DNA of 64,000 nt, from the NCBI GenBank assembly GCA_947464275.1, contig CANHVU010000014.1, positions 10,324 to 74,323 of the forward strand. The letters run 5' to 3'. The notes beneath the pieces are model-generated. The model saw only the letters and a list, made by a program, of their open reading frames with translations, was not told the DNA's origin and ran no database searches. This DNA comes from Bacteroidota bacterium (GTDB taxonomy: Bacteria > Bacteroidota > Bacteroidia > UKL13-3). The translations under genes were made by a program, and so were the position numbers. Of the stretch, positions 9,985 through 19,272 are shown piece after piece; the stretch's first letter is position 1; every line of letters begins with the position of its first letter.

Positions 9985-10202
9985 AATACTATAACGTAAA
10001 AAGAAATTTTAAAATGAAAAAGAAATGGAATCAAACAACCACATTTAATTTTATAATTGGACTTTTAACCGGAATATTGATATACCAAATAGTTAAACGG
10101 ATATTCTTTTAGTTAATTTTTGCGTCATTGCGAGGCACGAAGCAATCCCATTGTTGTTTTAGATTGCCGCGCTACGTTCGCAAAGACGTTTTGATATAGG
10201 TT

Positions 10203-10240
10203 TTTGGTATCGCTTCGCTAAATACCAACCCAACTCCGCA
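10203..10240 (+). repeat. REP family 1 hairpin
   Basis: tttggtatcgcttcgctaaataccaacccaactccgca. Confidence 0.7.
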
Positions 10241-10268
10241 TTTTTGTCACTTCGAACTCCGAATTTTA

Positions 10269-11558
10269 TTATTCTAAATCAGTATTCAGTTTGTAACGGC
10301 AAATACGGTTATTGCCTTTATCGGCTACATAAATCGTTTTACGGTTATAACAAATTCCCATTGGGTCGTTAAAATTAAACGGACCATCAAGTGGTTTTCC
10401 ATCAGCAGCTCTTCCGCCAAACGATACATTTACTTGCTTTTTAATGGTTGAATTTGCAGGTGGATTTACTCCTTCAAAACCTTGGTTAGTAAACACATAA
10501 ACTGAATCTGTTTCACTATCCACCACAAAATAATAACCTGTGGCATCAGGCGCAATAAAACAATCTTCTGGTTTTTTAAATCTGAATGGCTCGTACATAA
10601 AGCTATTAGCTTTCGAAATATCAAAATTTAGCAAACTTGAAGTTTCGGTGTATTGAGGACCTAAATCTGGATCATCAAAAACGGTTATTAGTAACGACTT
10701 ATACTCTAAATTATTGGTTTGATTACTTGAAGTAATTAAAAAGTTTTTTGAAGTACTCATTCCCTGCAATCTTTGTGGTGGAGCTGAAAATGTAGCAATT
10801 CCAGAAATATCTATTGCGGTTTTTAAACCCGATTCAGTAGCATTCAATCCTGCTGCATAACCTGTATTTACGCCATCTTGATCAAATAATAACACTGCAT
10901 TATCAGGTCTTACAAATGAGTTACCTTGATTACGAGGACCTTTTCTGCTTATATACAACGTGTTATCGCTTAAACACGCTATTCCAGTAAATTCTACTTC
11001 TTCATCTGCAGCACCTCTAAACTGCGTACTTTGACGTGAAGCATCGCAAAACGGATGAGCCAAGGTATCAATGAATTTATAATTTCCCTGACCTGTTCCT
11101 TCTAAATGATAAACACAAGTAACAGTGGCATTTAGTTTAGCATCAAATACTTTTCCAATAACATAAGTGTGTAATCTTCTGTCTTGTGTTACTTCTTTTG
11201 CGCCTGGTATGGCAATGGTATATGCTAACGTACCTTTTTGATCAAGTATATTTAGGCCTTTATCATCAACTACATAAATCATTTCATCAAAACCCACATA
11301 TACATCTACCGGATTTTGGAAACCTTTAAAAAACGGAAATACCGGAACATAGCTAACTGCTTTTGGCACTAAATTAGGATCAATTTGTCCTTGTTGTAAT
11401 ACTTCATCAACGGTATCGTTTTGTTTACCACCAAAAACCGAACACGATGAAATTAAACTAATTACAGATACAGTTAAGAATATATATTTTACAAAAGTTG
11501 ATTTCATTTTTAAATTATTTAATGGTAAATAATAAACCAATTCTATGGATATTGCCAA
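10269..11558 (-). CDS. NHL-repeat beta-propeller lipoprotein
   Basis: C-terminal NHL-type blade (KIYVADKGNNRICRYKLN) and further blade-like segments; lipobox (ISSCS); the true start is probably an internal Met near 11507 because the listed ORF overlaps the upstream gene by 44 bp. Confidence 0.5.
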   Translation of the reverse strand: MAISIELVYYLPLNNLKMKSTFVKYIFLTVSVISLISSCSVFGGKQNDTVDEVLQQGQIDPNLVPKAVSYVPVFPFFKGFQNPVDVYVGFDEMIYVVDDKGLNILDQKGTLAYTIAIPGAKEVTQDRRLHTYVIGKVFDAKLNATVTCVYHLEGTGQGNYKFIDTLAHPFCDASRQSTQFRGAADEEVEFTGIACLSDNTLYISRKGPRNQGNSFVRPDNAVLLFDQDGVNTGYAAGLNATESGLKTAIDISGIATFSAPPQRLQGMSTSKNFLITSSNQTNNLEYKSLLITVFDDPDLGPQYTETSSLLNFDISKANSFMYEPFRFKKPEDCFIAPDATGYYFVVDSETDSVYVFTNQGFEGVNPPANSTIKKQVNVSFGGRAADGKPLDGPFNFNDPMGICYNRKTIYVADKGNNRICRYKLNTDLE

Positions 11559-12540
11559 TGCGCGATTTGCTCACCAAGCCATAATCAATGCCAAAATTAC
11601 CAAAACTGCGAGGCAATTTAATTCCAAAACCTAAACTTGGGAAATTATTAGCTTCGTCTAAGCCAAACTCCCAACCACTGCGGCCATAAAGAATTTTTTT
11701 CCAGCTATACTCCACCCCTAGTCCTACTGTTTCGTTGTTATCGGTTGGATGGTTTAATTGCGCGGCAGTTGTTAATACATGGGTTTTATTGCTAATTGGG
11801 TCAATGGCAAAACCTAACCTAAACACAGCAGGAGCCGAAACTGGCGTAAAATCGTTTTTTTGAGTTTCGCCATTTAATTTTAAAATAGTAACACTTCCGG
11901 TTGGTGCCACATTTACACCAAAATTAGAAAAAGTAACTCCAAAACGTGCGTTTTTAATACCAATATTATAAGTTAAACCTAAATCGAAAAGAACATTATT
12001 TACAGATACGTTAGCTATAACCTCTTGGGCAAATTTGGCTTGTAAGCCAAAACTAAAACTATTGGTTAAAATTTTAGCAAAACTTACACCTATAGAAGTA
12101 CTTCCCATCAATACATTTCGGCCTGTTCCGTTTGGTTCAAACTCTGTTGTTTCTTTGGTATCGCCAAAGCCTAAACTCATTACATTAACGCCTACATAAC
12201 TTAATTTACCAGCTTTAAAAGCCACCGCACCGTAATTTACTTGGCTATTGCCAAACCAACGTGTATGCGAAAATTGCGCAGTTACTTTGCCTGTATCAAT
12301 TCCGGTAATTCCTGCAGGATTCCAATACATAGCAGCTGCATCGTTGGTTAACCCAACAACTGCACCACCCATTGAAGCCGAACGTGCATCAGGAGCAATT
12401 TTTAAAAACTGCATACCACTTCCACCTGTGCGGCTATTACCAAAGGTTGGCAATATTTGTGCTTGCGCAAAAGAAGCAGTAATTAATAAAATATATAATA
12501 ATTTGAATTTAAACTTCATTGTTTTATAAAAGCCGTGCAA
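11515..12540 (-). CDS. porQ: PorQ/PorV-family type IX secretion outer-membrane protein (PorQ-like by size)
   Basis: 341 aa; signal peptide; N-terminal GGSGMQFLKIAPDARSASMGGAVVGL matches the conserved PorV/PorQ N-terminal motif; beta-barrel C-terminus. Confidence 0.55.
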   Translation of the reverse strand: MHGFYKTMKFKFKLLYILLITASFAQAQILPTFGNSRTGGSGMQFLKIAPDARSASMGGAVVGLTNDAAAMYWNPAGITGIDTGKVTAQFSHTRWFGNSQVNYGAVAFKAGKLSYVGVNVMSLGFGDTKETTEFEPNGTGRNVLMGSTSIGVSFAKILTNSFSFGLQAKFAQEVIANVSVNNVLFDLGLTYNIGIKNARFGVTFSNFGVNVAPTGSVTILKLNGETQKNDFTPVSAPAVFRLGFAIDPISNKTHVLTTAAQLNHPTDNNETVGLGVEYSWKKILYGRSGWEFGLDEANNFPSLGFGIKLPRSFGNFGIDYGLVSKSRIGNIHRIGLLFTIK

Positions 12541-13008
12541 AATAAAACATTATTTTATATTCTAAAGGTTAATTGTTTGTGAAGTTAATTTAGTTGTTAG
12601 TTGATGGACGATAGACCATGGACCATGGCGGATTGTTGATGGTTGTCGGTTGATGGATGATGGATAATAGTGGATGATAGGTAAAACCAAATTATTTTTC
12701 AATTATTCCATTAACGATGCGCGTGGGGTCGGCAAAAAAGCGGGCCAGCCCAAGCCTGTGCGTGGAAGCATTTTTTTGCCTTGATTTTTTGTTTCTTTTT
12801 CATCTAAGGAAAAAGAAAGCAGAAAAAAGAAATGACTTATCCAATAACTAACTTGCTAATTCGGAAAGGATACTGTTCATAGGTAATTCTGAATAATCTA
12901 AAATTACTTTATTTTTTTATTAGAAAATTATCGCTTGAACTAACCTAAGCAACACAAAAGTTTTAAATTAAACCAAAACACCCTATGTTTGAATTACACT
13001 TTCAATAA

Positions 13009-13692
13009 TTGGAGAAAACCAAAACAGCAAACATGAAAAACTTACAGCAAACTTGCCAAATTATAAGTACCAAAAACAGCAAACTTTTTGGGGCCTTGTT
13101 TATGATGCTGTTTATACAAAGCTGTATGAAAGAAGAATACGATAAAGTAGAACACAAAACCAATTATTATTACTTAACAGCAGCGCAGCTTAACCAAACA
13201 CCTTATTTTACCAACCCAAACTTTGACACCATAAGTTTTGCAAGCGATAAAGGCGACACTTTAACCTTTGTAAAAACCAAAACTGATACCACTTGGTATT
13301 GCGAGCAAGGCTCAGGAAACCCAAATACCGGCTACGATAAAGATTGTTACCAAACCATACATAATACTTATTCTACTGTTAAAGGTAATGGGAGTTTTGA
13401 TGTGAAACAAGGTAATGTTAATTCCAATTTGTTCTTTTATCGAACCACAGATATGATTAATTTTCAATTTAATGAATTAAATTTTTTTATTCGGGACTAT
13501 AGAATTGGAACTAAAAATGGAACAATTTTTTATGATACAATATTAGTAGGTAATAACACATATAGCAATTCAATAAAAATATTTCATAATTTGAATGATT
13601 CATCTGTTGCATTGGGATATATCAATAAAGACTTTGGCTTGTTTTCAATAAATGATAAGCTAAACAATACTCAATTTTTAATTCTTAAATAA
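13009..13692 (+). CDS. hypothetical lipoprotein
   Basis: Lipobox (FIQSC); no known domain recognised. Confidence 0.4.
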   Translation: MEKTKTANMKNLQQTCQIISTKNSKLFGALFMMLFIQSCMKEEYDKVEHKTNYYYLTAAQLNQTPYFTNPNFDTISFASDKGDTLTFVKTKTDTTWYCEQGSGNPNTGYDKDCYQTIHNTYSTVKGNGSFDVKQGNVNSNLFFYRTTDMINFQFNELNFFIRDYRIGTKNGTIFYDTILVGNNTYSNSIKIFHNLNDSSVALGYINKDFGLFSINDKLNNTQFLILK

Positions 13693-13725
13693 TTGCAAAG
13701 CGAATAATCCATTTAACCCATAAAA

Positions 13726-13758
13726 CAAAAAAAGGTTAGCTCGCGCTAACCTCTTTTA
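13726..13758. terminator. bidirectional rho-independent terminator between convergent genes
   Basis: aggttagctcgcgctaacct stem followed by cttttaaaaa. Confidence 0.55.
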
Positions 13759-13810
13759 AAAATTCTATCTATGGTCTATAAACTATCACCTAAATTACGC
13801 AAGGCGTGAA

Positions 13811-14047
13811 TCAACTAACAGCTACCACTCGGGTAATTTCGGGCAAGGCACTCTTAATTCCATTTTCAATGCCTGCTTTCATGGTAATATGGCTAATATC
13901 GCAACTACTGCAATTGCCAATTAAACGCACATGCACTTCCATTTCTTCAGTTACATCAACCAATTCTACATCGCCACCATCGGCTTGTAAAAACGGACGC
14001 ATGCTGTTTAAAGCAATTTCTATTTTATCTCTCAACGAATCTGTCAT
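13811..14047 (-). CDS. NifU-like Fe-S cluster assembly domain protein (Nfu)
   Basis: 78 aa; CxxC motif (GNCSSCDIS) and the conserved LQADGGDVELV segment. Confidence 0.8.
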   Translation of the reverse strand: MTDSLRDKIEIALNSMRPFLQADGGDVELVDVTEEMEVHVRLIGNCSSCDISHITMKAGIENGIKSALPEITRVVAVS

Positions 14048-14086
14048 TCTTAATTTTTTGCTTTTTACAAATCTATTATAATAACA

Positions 14087-15175
14087 CTAATTAGCACCAA
14101 CTGTTTTTTCTTCGGCCGGAGTTGAGTTAATAATGGATACCAATTGCGCTACATTTTGAGCCACTTTTGAAAATGCTTTGTAAACTGGACTTGTTTGGTC
14201 TAAAGCAGCAGGTTTACCAGAATCGCCACCCTCGCGCACGCTCATGTAAATTGGAATTTGACCTAACAAACTTACTTTTAACTCACTAGCCATGCTTGCT
14301 CCACCATCTTTACCAAATATATAATACTTATTATCAGGCAATTCTTCTGGAGTAAAATAAGCCATATTTTCAACCACACCTAAAATTGGCACCTTTACGG
14401 GTGTCATGCTAAACATGGTTGCAGCTTTATAAGCATCGGCCAAGGCAACAGCTTGCGGAGTAGTAACCATTACAATTCCGGTTAAAGGCACCACTTGCAA
14501 CATGGTTAAATGAATATCGCCTGTTCCAGGAGGTAAGTCCAAAATTAAATAATCTAATTCGCCCCAATCGCAATCGTTTACAAATTGGCGTAAAGCCGAT
14601 GAAATCATAGGGCCGCGCCAAACTACAGCTTGCTCGGGTTTTATTAAAAATCCTATTGAAAGCAATTTGATACCATATTTTTCAATTGGAATCATGTATT
14701 GTTTGCCATTGATATCGCGCATTTGTGGTTGGCTATCCATTTCGCCAAACATCATTGGCACACTTGGGCCATAAATATCAGCATCCAACAAACCAACTTT
14801 AGCGCCTGTAGCAGCCAAAGCAATTGCCAAATTACTCGATACCGTTGATTTCCCAACTCCACCTTTTCCACTTGCCACCGCAATGATATTTTTAACCCCT
14901 GGAAGCGTTAATTTTTCAGCACGATTAGAGCTTACATTGGCTGTCATGGTAACAGTAATATTGGCTTTATCGTTTACCAACTTATGAATTGCTTCTTTGC
15001 AATCAGTTTCTATTTTTTCTTTTAAAGGACAAGCAGGCGTGGTTAATACAATGGTAAAACTTACATTTAACCCATCTACTTCCACATCTTTAACCATATT
15101 TAAAGTAACCAAATCCTTACGTAAATCGGGCTCTTGAACGGTTGATAATGCTTTTATTATATCTTCTTTTGTCAT
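14087..15175 (-). CDS. apbC: Mrp/NBP35 (ApbC) family Fe-S cluster carrier ATPase
   Basis: Deviant Walker A (ASGKGGVGKST); N-terminal DUF59-like segment; CxxC near the C-terminus. Confidence 0.9.
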   Translation of the reverse strand: MTKEDIIKALSTVQEPDLRKDLVTLNMVKDVEVDGLNVSFTIVLTTPACPLKEKIETDCKEAIHKLVNDKANITVTMTANVSSNRAEKLTLPGVKNIIAVASGKGGVGKSTVSSNLAIALAATGAKVGLLDADIYGPSVPMMFGEMDSQPQMRDINGKQYMIPIEKYGIKLLSIGFLIKPEQAVVWRGPMISSALRQFVNDCDWGELDYLILDLPPGTGDIHLTMLQVVPLTGIVMVTTPQAVALADAYKAATMFSMTPVKVPILGVVENMAYFTPEELPDNKYYIFGKDGGASMASELKVSLLGQIPIYMSVREGGDSGKPAALDQTSPVYKAFSKVAQNVAQLVSIINSTPAEEKTVGAN

Positions 15176-15273
15176 TTTGTTTTTATGTATTACAAATAAA
15201 GGTTTTTGTACCTAATGTTGTTTGCTGATTTTTATGCGTTGGTTTTATGATTAAGCTAAAAACATTTGCCAAA

Positions 15274-16551
15274 TTATAAAAACTCAAAGCCAATATCTCT
15301 GCGGAAATATTTGCCATCGTAATTAATTTTATTGGCGTTAGCCAACGAAATATTTACTGCTTCGTTCACTGAATCTCCAAATGAAGTAATAGCCAAAACC
15401 CTTCCTCCATTGGTAACTATTTCGTTATTTGAGTTTAACGAAGTACCTGCATGAAATAACAATGAATCAGCAACGCTTTCAAAACCTGTCATTACTTTGC
15501 CTTTTTCATAATCGCCAGGATAACCAGCAGAAACCATCATTACGGTGGCAGTAGTTTTATCGCTAATTTTTAAGTCAATATTATGCAATTCGCCTTTGGC
15601 AGTAGCCACCATTAATTCTACAAAATCGGTTTCAATTCTTGGTAAAACTGCTTCCGTTTCTGGATCGCCCATGCGGCAATTGTACTCAATAACCATTGGC
15701 TCCTCGCCTACTTTTATTAAACCAACAAAAATAAAACCAACGTATTTTATGTTTTCATTTTTTAAACCTTGAACCGTTGGTTCAATAATCCTATCAATTA
15801 CTTTTTGCATAAAAACATCATTGGCAAAAGGAACAGGCGAAATTGCCCCCATTCCACCAGTATTTAAACCCATTTCCCCTTCGCCAATGCGTTTATAATC
15901 TTTGGCCGTTGGCAATATTTTATATGAATTGCCATCGCTCAATACAAAAACCGAAAGTTCAATTCCGCTCAAAAACTCCTCAATAACCACTTTTGCGCTA
16001 GCAGCACCAAACTTTTTATCGTTTATCATTTGTTGCAATTCGCTGGTAGCTTCTTCTAAAGTTTGGCAAATCAATACTCCTTTTCCAGCAGCTAATCCAT
16101 CGGCTTTAAGCACAATTGGCATTTTTTGTGTTTTTAAATACGCTATTCCTTCTTCTAAATTTTGGCTAGTAAAAGTTTTATAGGCCGCAGTTGGAATATT
16201 GTTTTTATACATAAAAGCTTTACTCCAATCTTTGCTTGCTTCCATTGTAGCACCCATTTTATCGGGCCCTACAAATAAGGTGTTTTTTAAATTTTCGTTT
16301 TCTTCAAAATAATTGCGCAAGCCCAAAACCAAAGGTTCCTCAGGACCAACAATTATCAAATCAATTTTATTTTCAAGGCTAAATTGGCCTACAGCTGCAA
16401 AATCGTTAGGATTTATTTTTACATTTTGACCAAATTGGGTAGTTCCCGCATTGCCAGGCATAATAAATAATTGCCTACATAACTTGCTTTGAGCTAATTT
16501 ATAAGCAAATGCGTGTTCGCGTCCGCCCGAACCAATCAATAAAATATTCAT
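15274..16551 (-). CDS. purD: phosphoribosylamine--glycine ligase
   Basis: MNILLIGSGGREHAFAYKL N-terminus and ATP-grasp body; the ORF-track start at 16587 is probably upstream of the real Met at 16551. Confidence 0.9.
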   Translation of the reverse strand: MNILLIGSGGREHAFAYKLAQSKLCRQLFIMPGNAGTTQFGQNVKINPNDFAAVGQFSLENKIDLIIVGPEEPLVLGLRNYFEENENLKNTLFVGPDKMGATMEASKDWSKAFMYKNNIPTAAYKTFTSQNLEEGIAYLKTQKMPIVLKADGLAAGKGVLICQTLEEATSELQQMINDKKFGAASAKVVIEEFLSGIELSVFVLSDGNSYKILPTAKDYKRIGEGEMGLNTGGMGAISPVPFANDVFMQKVIDRIIEPTVQGLKNENIKYVGFIFVGLIKVGEEPMVIEYNCRMGDPETEAVLPRIETDFVELMVATAKGELHNIDLKISDKTTATVMMVSAGYPGDYEKGKVMTGFESVADSLLFHAGTSLNSNNEIVTNGGRVLAITSFGDSVNEAVNISLANANKINYDGKYFRRDIGFEFL

Positions 16552-16678
16552 GGGGCAAATATACCAATTAAGGCAAGCAATATGCATAAAACCTATTTGA
16601 GTTGATGAATATTAGTTAAGTTATTTTGTTATAAATAAAATTTGAAATTGCCACAAAAACAGATTTTTTTATTTAAAC

Positions 16679-17935
16679 TTGCCTTCAATTAATCAAAAAA
16701 AAATGAAAAAAATATTTACCATTATTGCTGCTTTAGCAGTATTTACCAATTTAAGTGCACAAAGATACAAAGACAAAATTTTTACCGAAGTAGCCATGGA
16801 TAGTGTTACTTATGGTTCAGCAAAGACATACACAGGTTCGCCACAAGAATTAAAAATGAACATTTTTCAACCAGTAGGCGATACTGCCACTAACAGACCT
16901 TTATTGGTTTTGGCTCATGGTGGTTCATTTATTGGTGGAAATAGATATTTGCCTGATGTAACTTATTTATGTACTGAATTTGCAAAACGCGGTTATGTGT
17001 GTGTTTCAATCCAATACCGCTTAGGTGTTAATTTACAAGAAATATTGTTTGACCCAACTCAAGCCGGTCCACAGTTTTCGAATGCTGTATGGCGCGGAAC
17101 TTTAGATGGAAGAGCAGCTATTAGGTATTTAAGAGCTAATGCTAATAATTACAAATTTAGCTTAGGTCAAGTATATGTAGGAGGAGTTTCGGCTGGTGGT
17201 GTTTTAGGTTTACATTTAGCATTTTTAGATACTGAAGCAGAAGTTGGAAATTCAAATCCACCAATTGACACCATAAGCATTGGCGGTATAGAAGGCACAA
17301 GTGGAACACCTGGACAAAACTGGAAAGTAAAAGGTGTAATTAGTTTATGTGGTGCTTTAGGCGATGTAAATTGGATGAAAAACAATAAAAATGTTTCTAT
17401 TTTTAGTGTTCATGGTACAAAAGACCAAACTGTTCCTTACAAAACAGATTATTTTTATGCTCAAACTATTAAAGTGGCTCAGTTAAGTGGAAGTTTTGTG
17501 GTAGATTCAATGGCTAAAGTATTGGGAATGAAATCGGTGTTTTATACTTTTCAAGATGCACCACATGTACCATTTAGCCCAGGTGTTGGAACAACAGCAA
17601 GCAGCACTGCATACATGGATACAACCGAAGGTTTGTTAAGAGACTTTTTATTTGACGATATCAAAACAGCTGGTGTTGGTGTAAATAATGTATTAGCCAA
17701 TAGCGATGTAAAAGTTTATCCAAATCCAGCTAAAGAAAATGTTTCGATTGAAACTAGTAAAGGTAACAACAATGTAATTACCATTTTAGACCTGAGTGGA
17801 AAAACCATTGAAACTATTAATACTAGCAAAACCATTACTACTTTAAATACCAGCAATATAACTTCAGGAATTTATTTTATACAAATAACCAATGAGTTTG
17901 GTAGCATTACAAAAAAATTAGTTATTGAAAACTAA
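16679..17935 (+). CDS. alpha/beta-hydrolase (esterase/lipase-type) with T9SS C-terminal sorting domain
   Basis: HGGSF oxyanion-type motif; GGVSAGG nucleophile elbow; C-terminal KVYPNPAKENVSIE...IYFIQITNEFGSITKKLVIEN is a typical Por CTD; likely start is the Met at 16703. Confidence 0.7.
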   Translation: MPSINQKKMKKIFTIIAALAVFTNLSAQRYKDKIFTEVAMDSVTYGSAKTYTGSPQELKMNIFQPVGDTATNRPLLVLAHGGSFIGGNRYLPDVTYLCTEFAKRGYVCVSIQYRLGVNLQEILFDPTQAGPQFSNAVWRGTLDGRAAIRYLRANANNYKFSLGQVYVGGVSAGGVLGLHLAFLDTEAEVGNSNPPIDTISIGGIEGTSGTPGQNWKVKGVISLCGALGDVNWMKNNKNVSIFSVHGTKDQTVPYKTDYFYAQTIKVAQLSGSFVVDSMAKVLGMKSVFYTFQDAPHVPFSPGVGTTASSTAYMDTTEGLLRDFLFDDIKTAGVGVNNVLANSDVKVYPNPAKENVSIETSKGNNNVITILDLSGKTIETINTSKTITTLNTSNITSGIYFIQITNEFGSITKKLVIEN

Positions 17936-17957
17936 TTTTATAAAACTAAACCCTTTA

Positions 17958-17996
17958 AAAAGCCCCTTTAGCTAAAAACTAAAGGGGCTTTTTTAT
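17958..17996. terminator. bidirectional rho-independent terminator
   Basis: aagcccctttag/ctaaaggggctt 12-bp stem followed by a T-run. Confidence 0.65.
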
Positions 17997-18039
17997 TTAG
18001 TGATTTAATAGTTGAACATAAAAAATTAAGACAAAATAC

Positions 18040-18948
18040 TTAGTAATCTGAAACATTTACTTTTTCATTACTGTAAGTAGAGTCGGTTTTTATAAACTGA
18101 AAATTTTGCCATTTAAACTTAACTTTTGCTTCCCACGTATTGGCAGTGGTATCGTCTTCGTTTCTTTCCCAATGGTAATAATTTTTTAAAAGGTTATTGG
18201 GTTGACCTAATGTATCTGGAAAAGTAATTTCATAAACATCCGAATAAACATCTCCATCGGCAACACCTCCATCCTCTATTTGTGCTTTTACTTTAAAATT
18301 TTTCAGCAATAAATATTGACTACCATTCCAATAACCACAAGCATCTATTCCAGTTGTTACCCTTATAATATTGTCTATACTATCCAAACCTTTGTTGTTA
18401 AATAATGCCATGTCTAAGTAACCGTTCATGGCAGCATTAATGGTATCGCTTTCTATTGGATAATAACTATAACTTGTGCTAGGATTAAAGGCATAAAAGC
18501 CCACCATTTGAAAGTTTTTAAGTATTTTCAAGTTCAATATAAATTGGTTGTTAGCATATTTATCTACCAATAATAAATACCTATTATTATAATGATTTAA
18601 GTAATTAGTAGCTAAAAACTGACTAGGAACATAACCAATAAATCGCTTGCCATTAAACGGAAAACTAACTTTACACCAGTAGCCATATACCCTTTTTAAA
18701 ACCACTTGGGTGTTTAGTATTTCCAATACTTTTAGCGAATCTTTGAACGATTTGGTTTTGTAAGATGCCTTTGATTTGGTGCTTGGTGCACTGTAAACTG
18801 CTACTTCTTTATAGGCAGGTAAGTAGTAGTTACCAATTTCAGGTTTGCCTATTTCGCCAATAATAGCTTTAGTAATTAAACCCTTTTCATCGTATTGAGC
18901 CGATGCATAAAATGAAATAAATATAAACAAGATTACTAAAAACTTCAT
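18040..18948 (-). CDS. hypothetical secreted protein
   Basis: Signal peptide MKFLVILFIFISFYASAQ; no known domain. Confidence 0.4.
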   Translation of the reverse strand: MKFLVILFIFISFYASAQYDEKGLITKAIIGEIGKPEIGNYYLPAYKEVAVYSAPSTKSKASYKTKSFKDSLKVLEILNTQVVLKRVYGYWCKVSFPFNGKRFIGYVPSQFLATNYLNHYNNRYLLLVDKYANNQFILNLKILKNFQMVGFYAFNPSTSYSYYPIESDTINAAMNGYLDMALFNNKGLDSIDNIIRVTTGIDACGYWNGSQYLLLKNFKVKAQIEDGGVADGDVYSDVYEITFPDTLGQPNNLLKNYYHWERNEDDTTANTWEAKVKFKWQNFQFIKTDSTYSNEKVNVSDY

Positions 18949-18982
18949 GCGGTAAAAATAGGTGATTGAAGTAGTTTTTTAT

Positions 18983-19172
18983 AAATGGGTTAAAAACCAT
19001 TTTAATTGATTATAAAGATAAACAAGTTATTAAGGGCTGAAGCTCATTTTTTGAGGATGATAAAATGTTTGAATCAATTGGAATGGTATTTATGCCATTC
19101 TATTTTTATTAATGGGTTAAAACCCATTTTAATTGATTTTAAAGGTAAACAAGTTATTAAGGGCTGAAGCGC
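18983..19172 (+). repeat. about 1.5 copies of a ~125-bp composite repeat unit containing three hairpins
   Basis: Unit contains aatgggttaaaacccatt, aagggctgaagc(c/t)cattttttg and aatggtatttatgccatt; same family as the arrays at 22727 and 23624. Confidence 0.75.
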
Positions 19173-19272
19173 CTATTATCCACCTGTTTATTGTTTTTAT
19201 TCAAGATTATTCCTTTTAGTTGTATTTTTCATTCTTTGCATAGTCTTGTTAATTATCATGTTTTTAATGTAA

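Noticed and set aside
11505-11525. Apparent single-base frame inconsistency when hand-translating the junction of the two minus-strand ORFs (10269..11558 and 11515..12540)
   Set aside because: The most likely cause is my own transcription or counting error in a run of T and A. The ORF track reports both frames intact, so I do not call a frameshift or pseudogene.
12715-12780. GC-rich islet as tmRNA, RNase P RNA or SRP RNA
   Set aside because: None of the conserved sequence boxes I know for these RNAs are present, and the segment is too short. It is kept only as a candidate regulatory or sRNA element in the findings.
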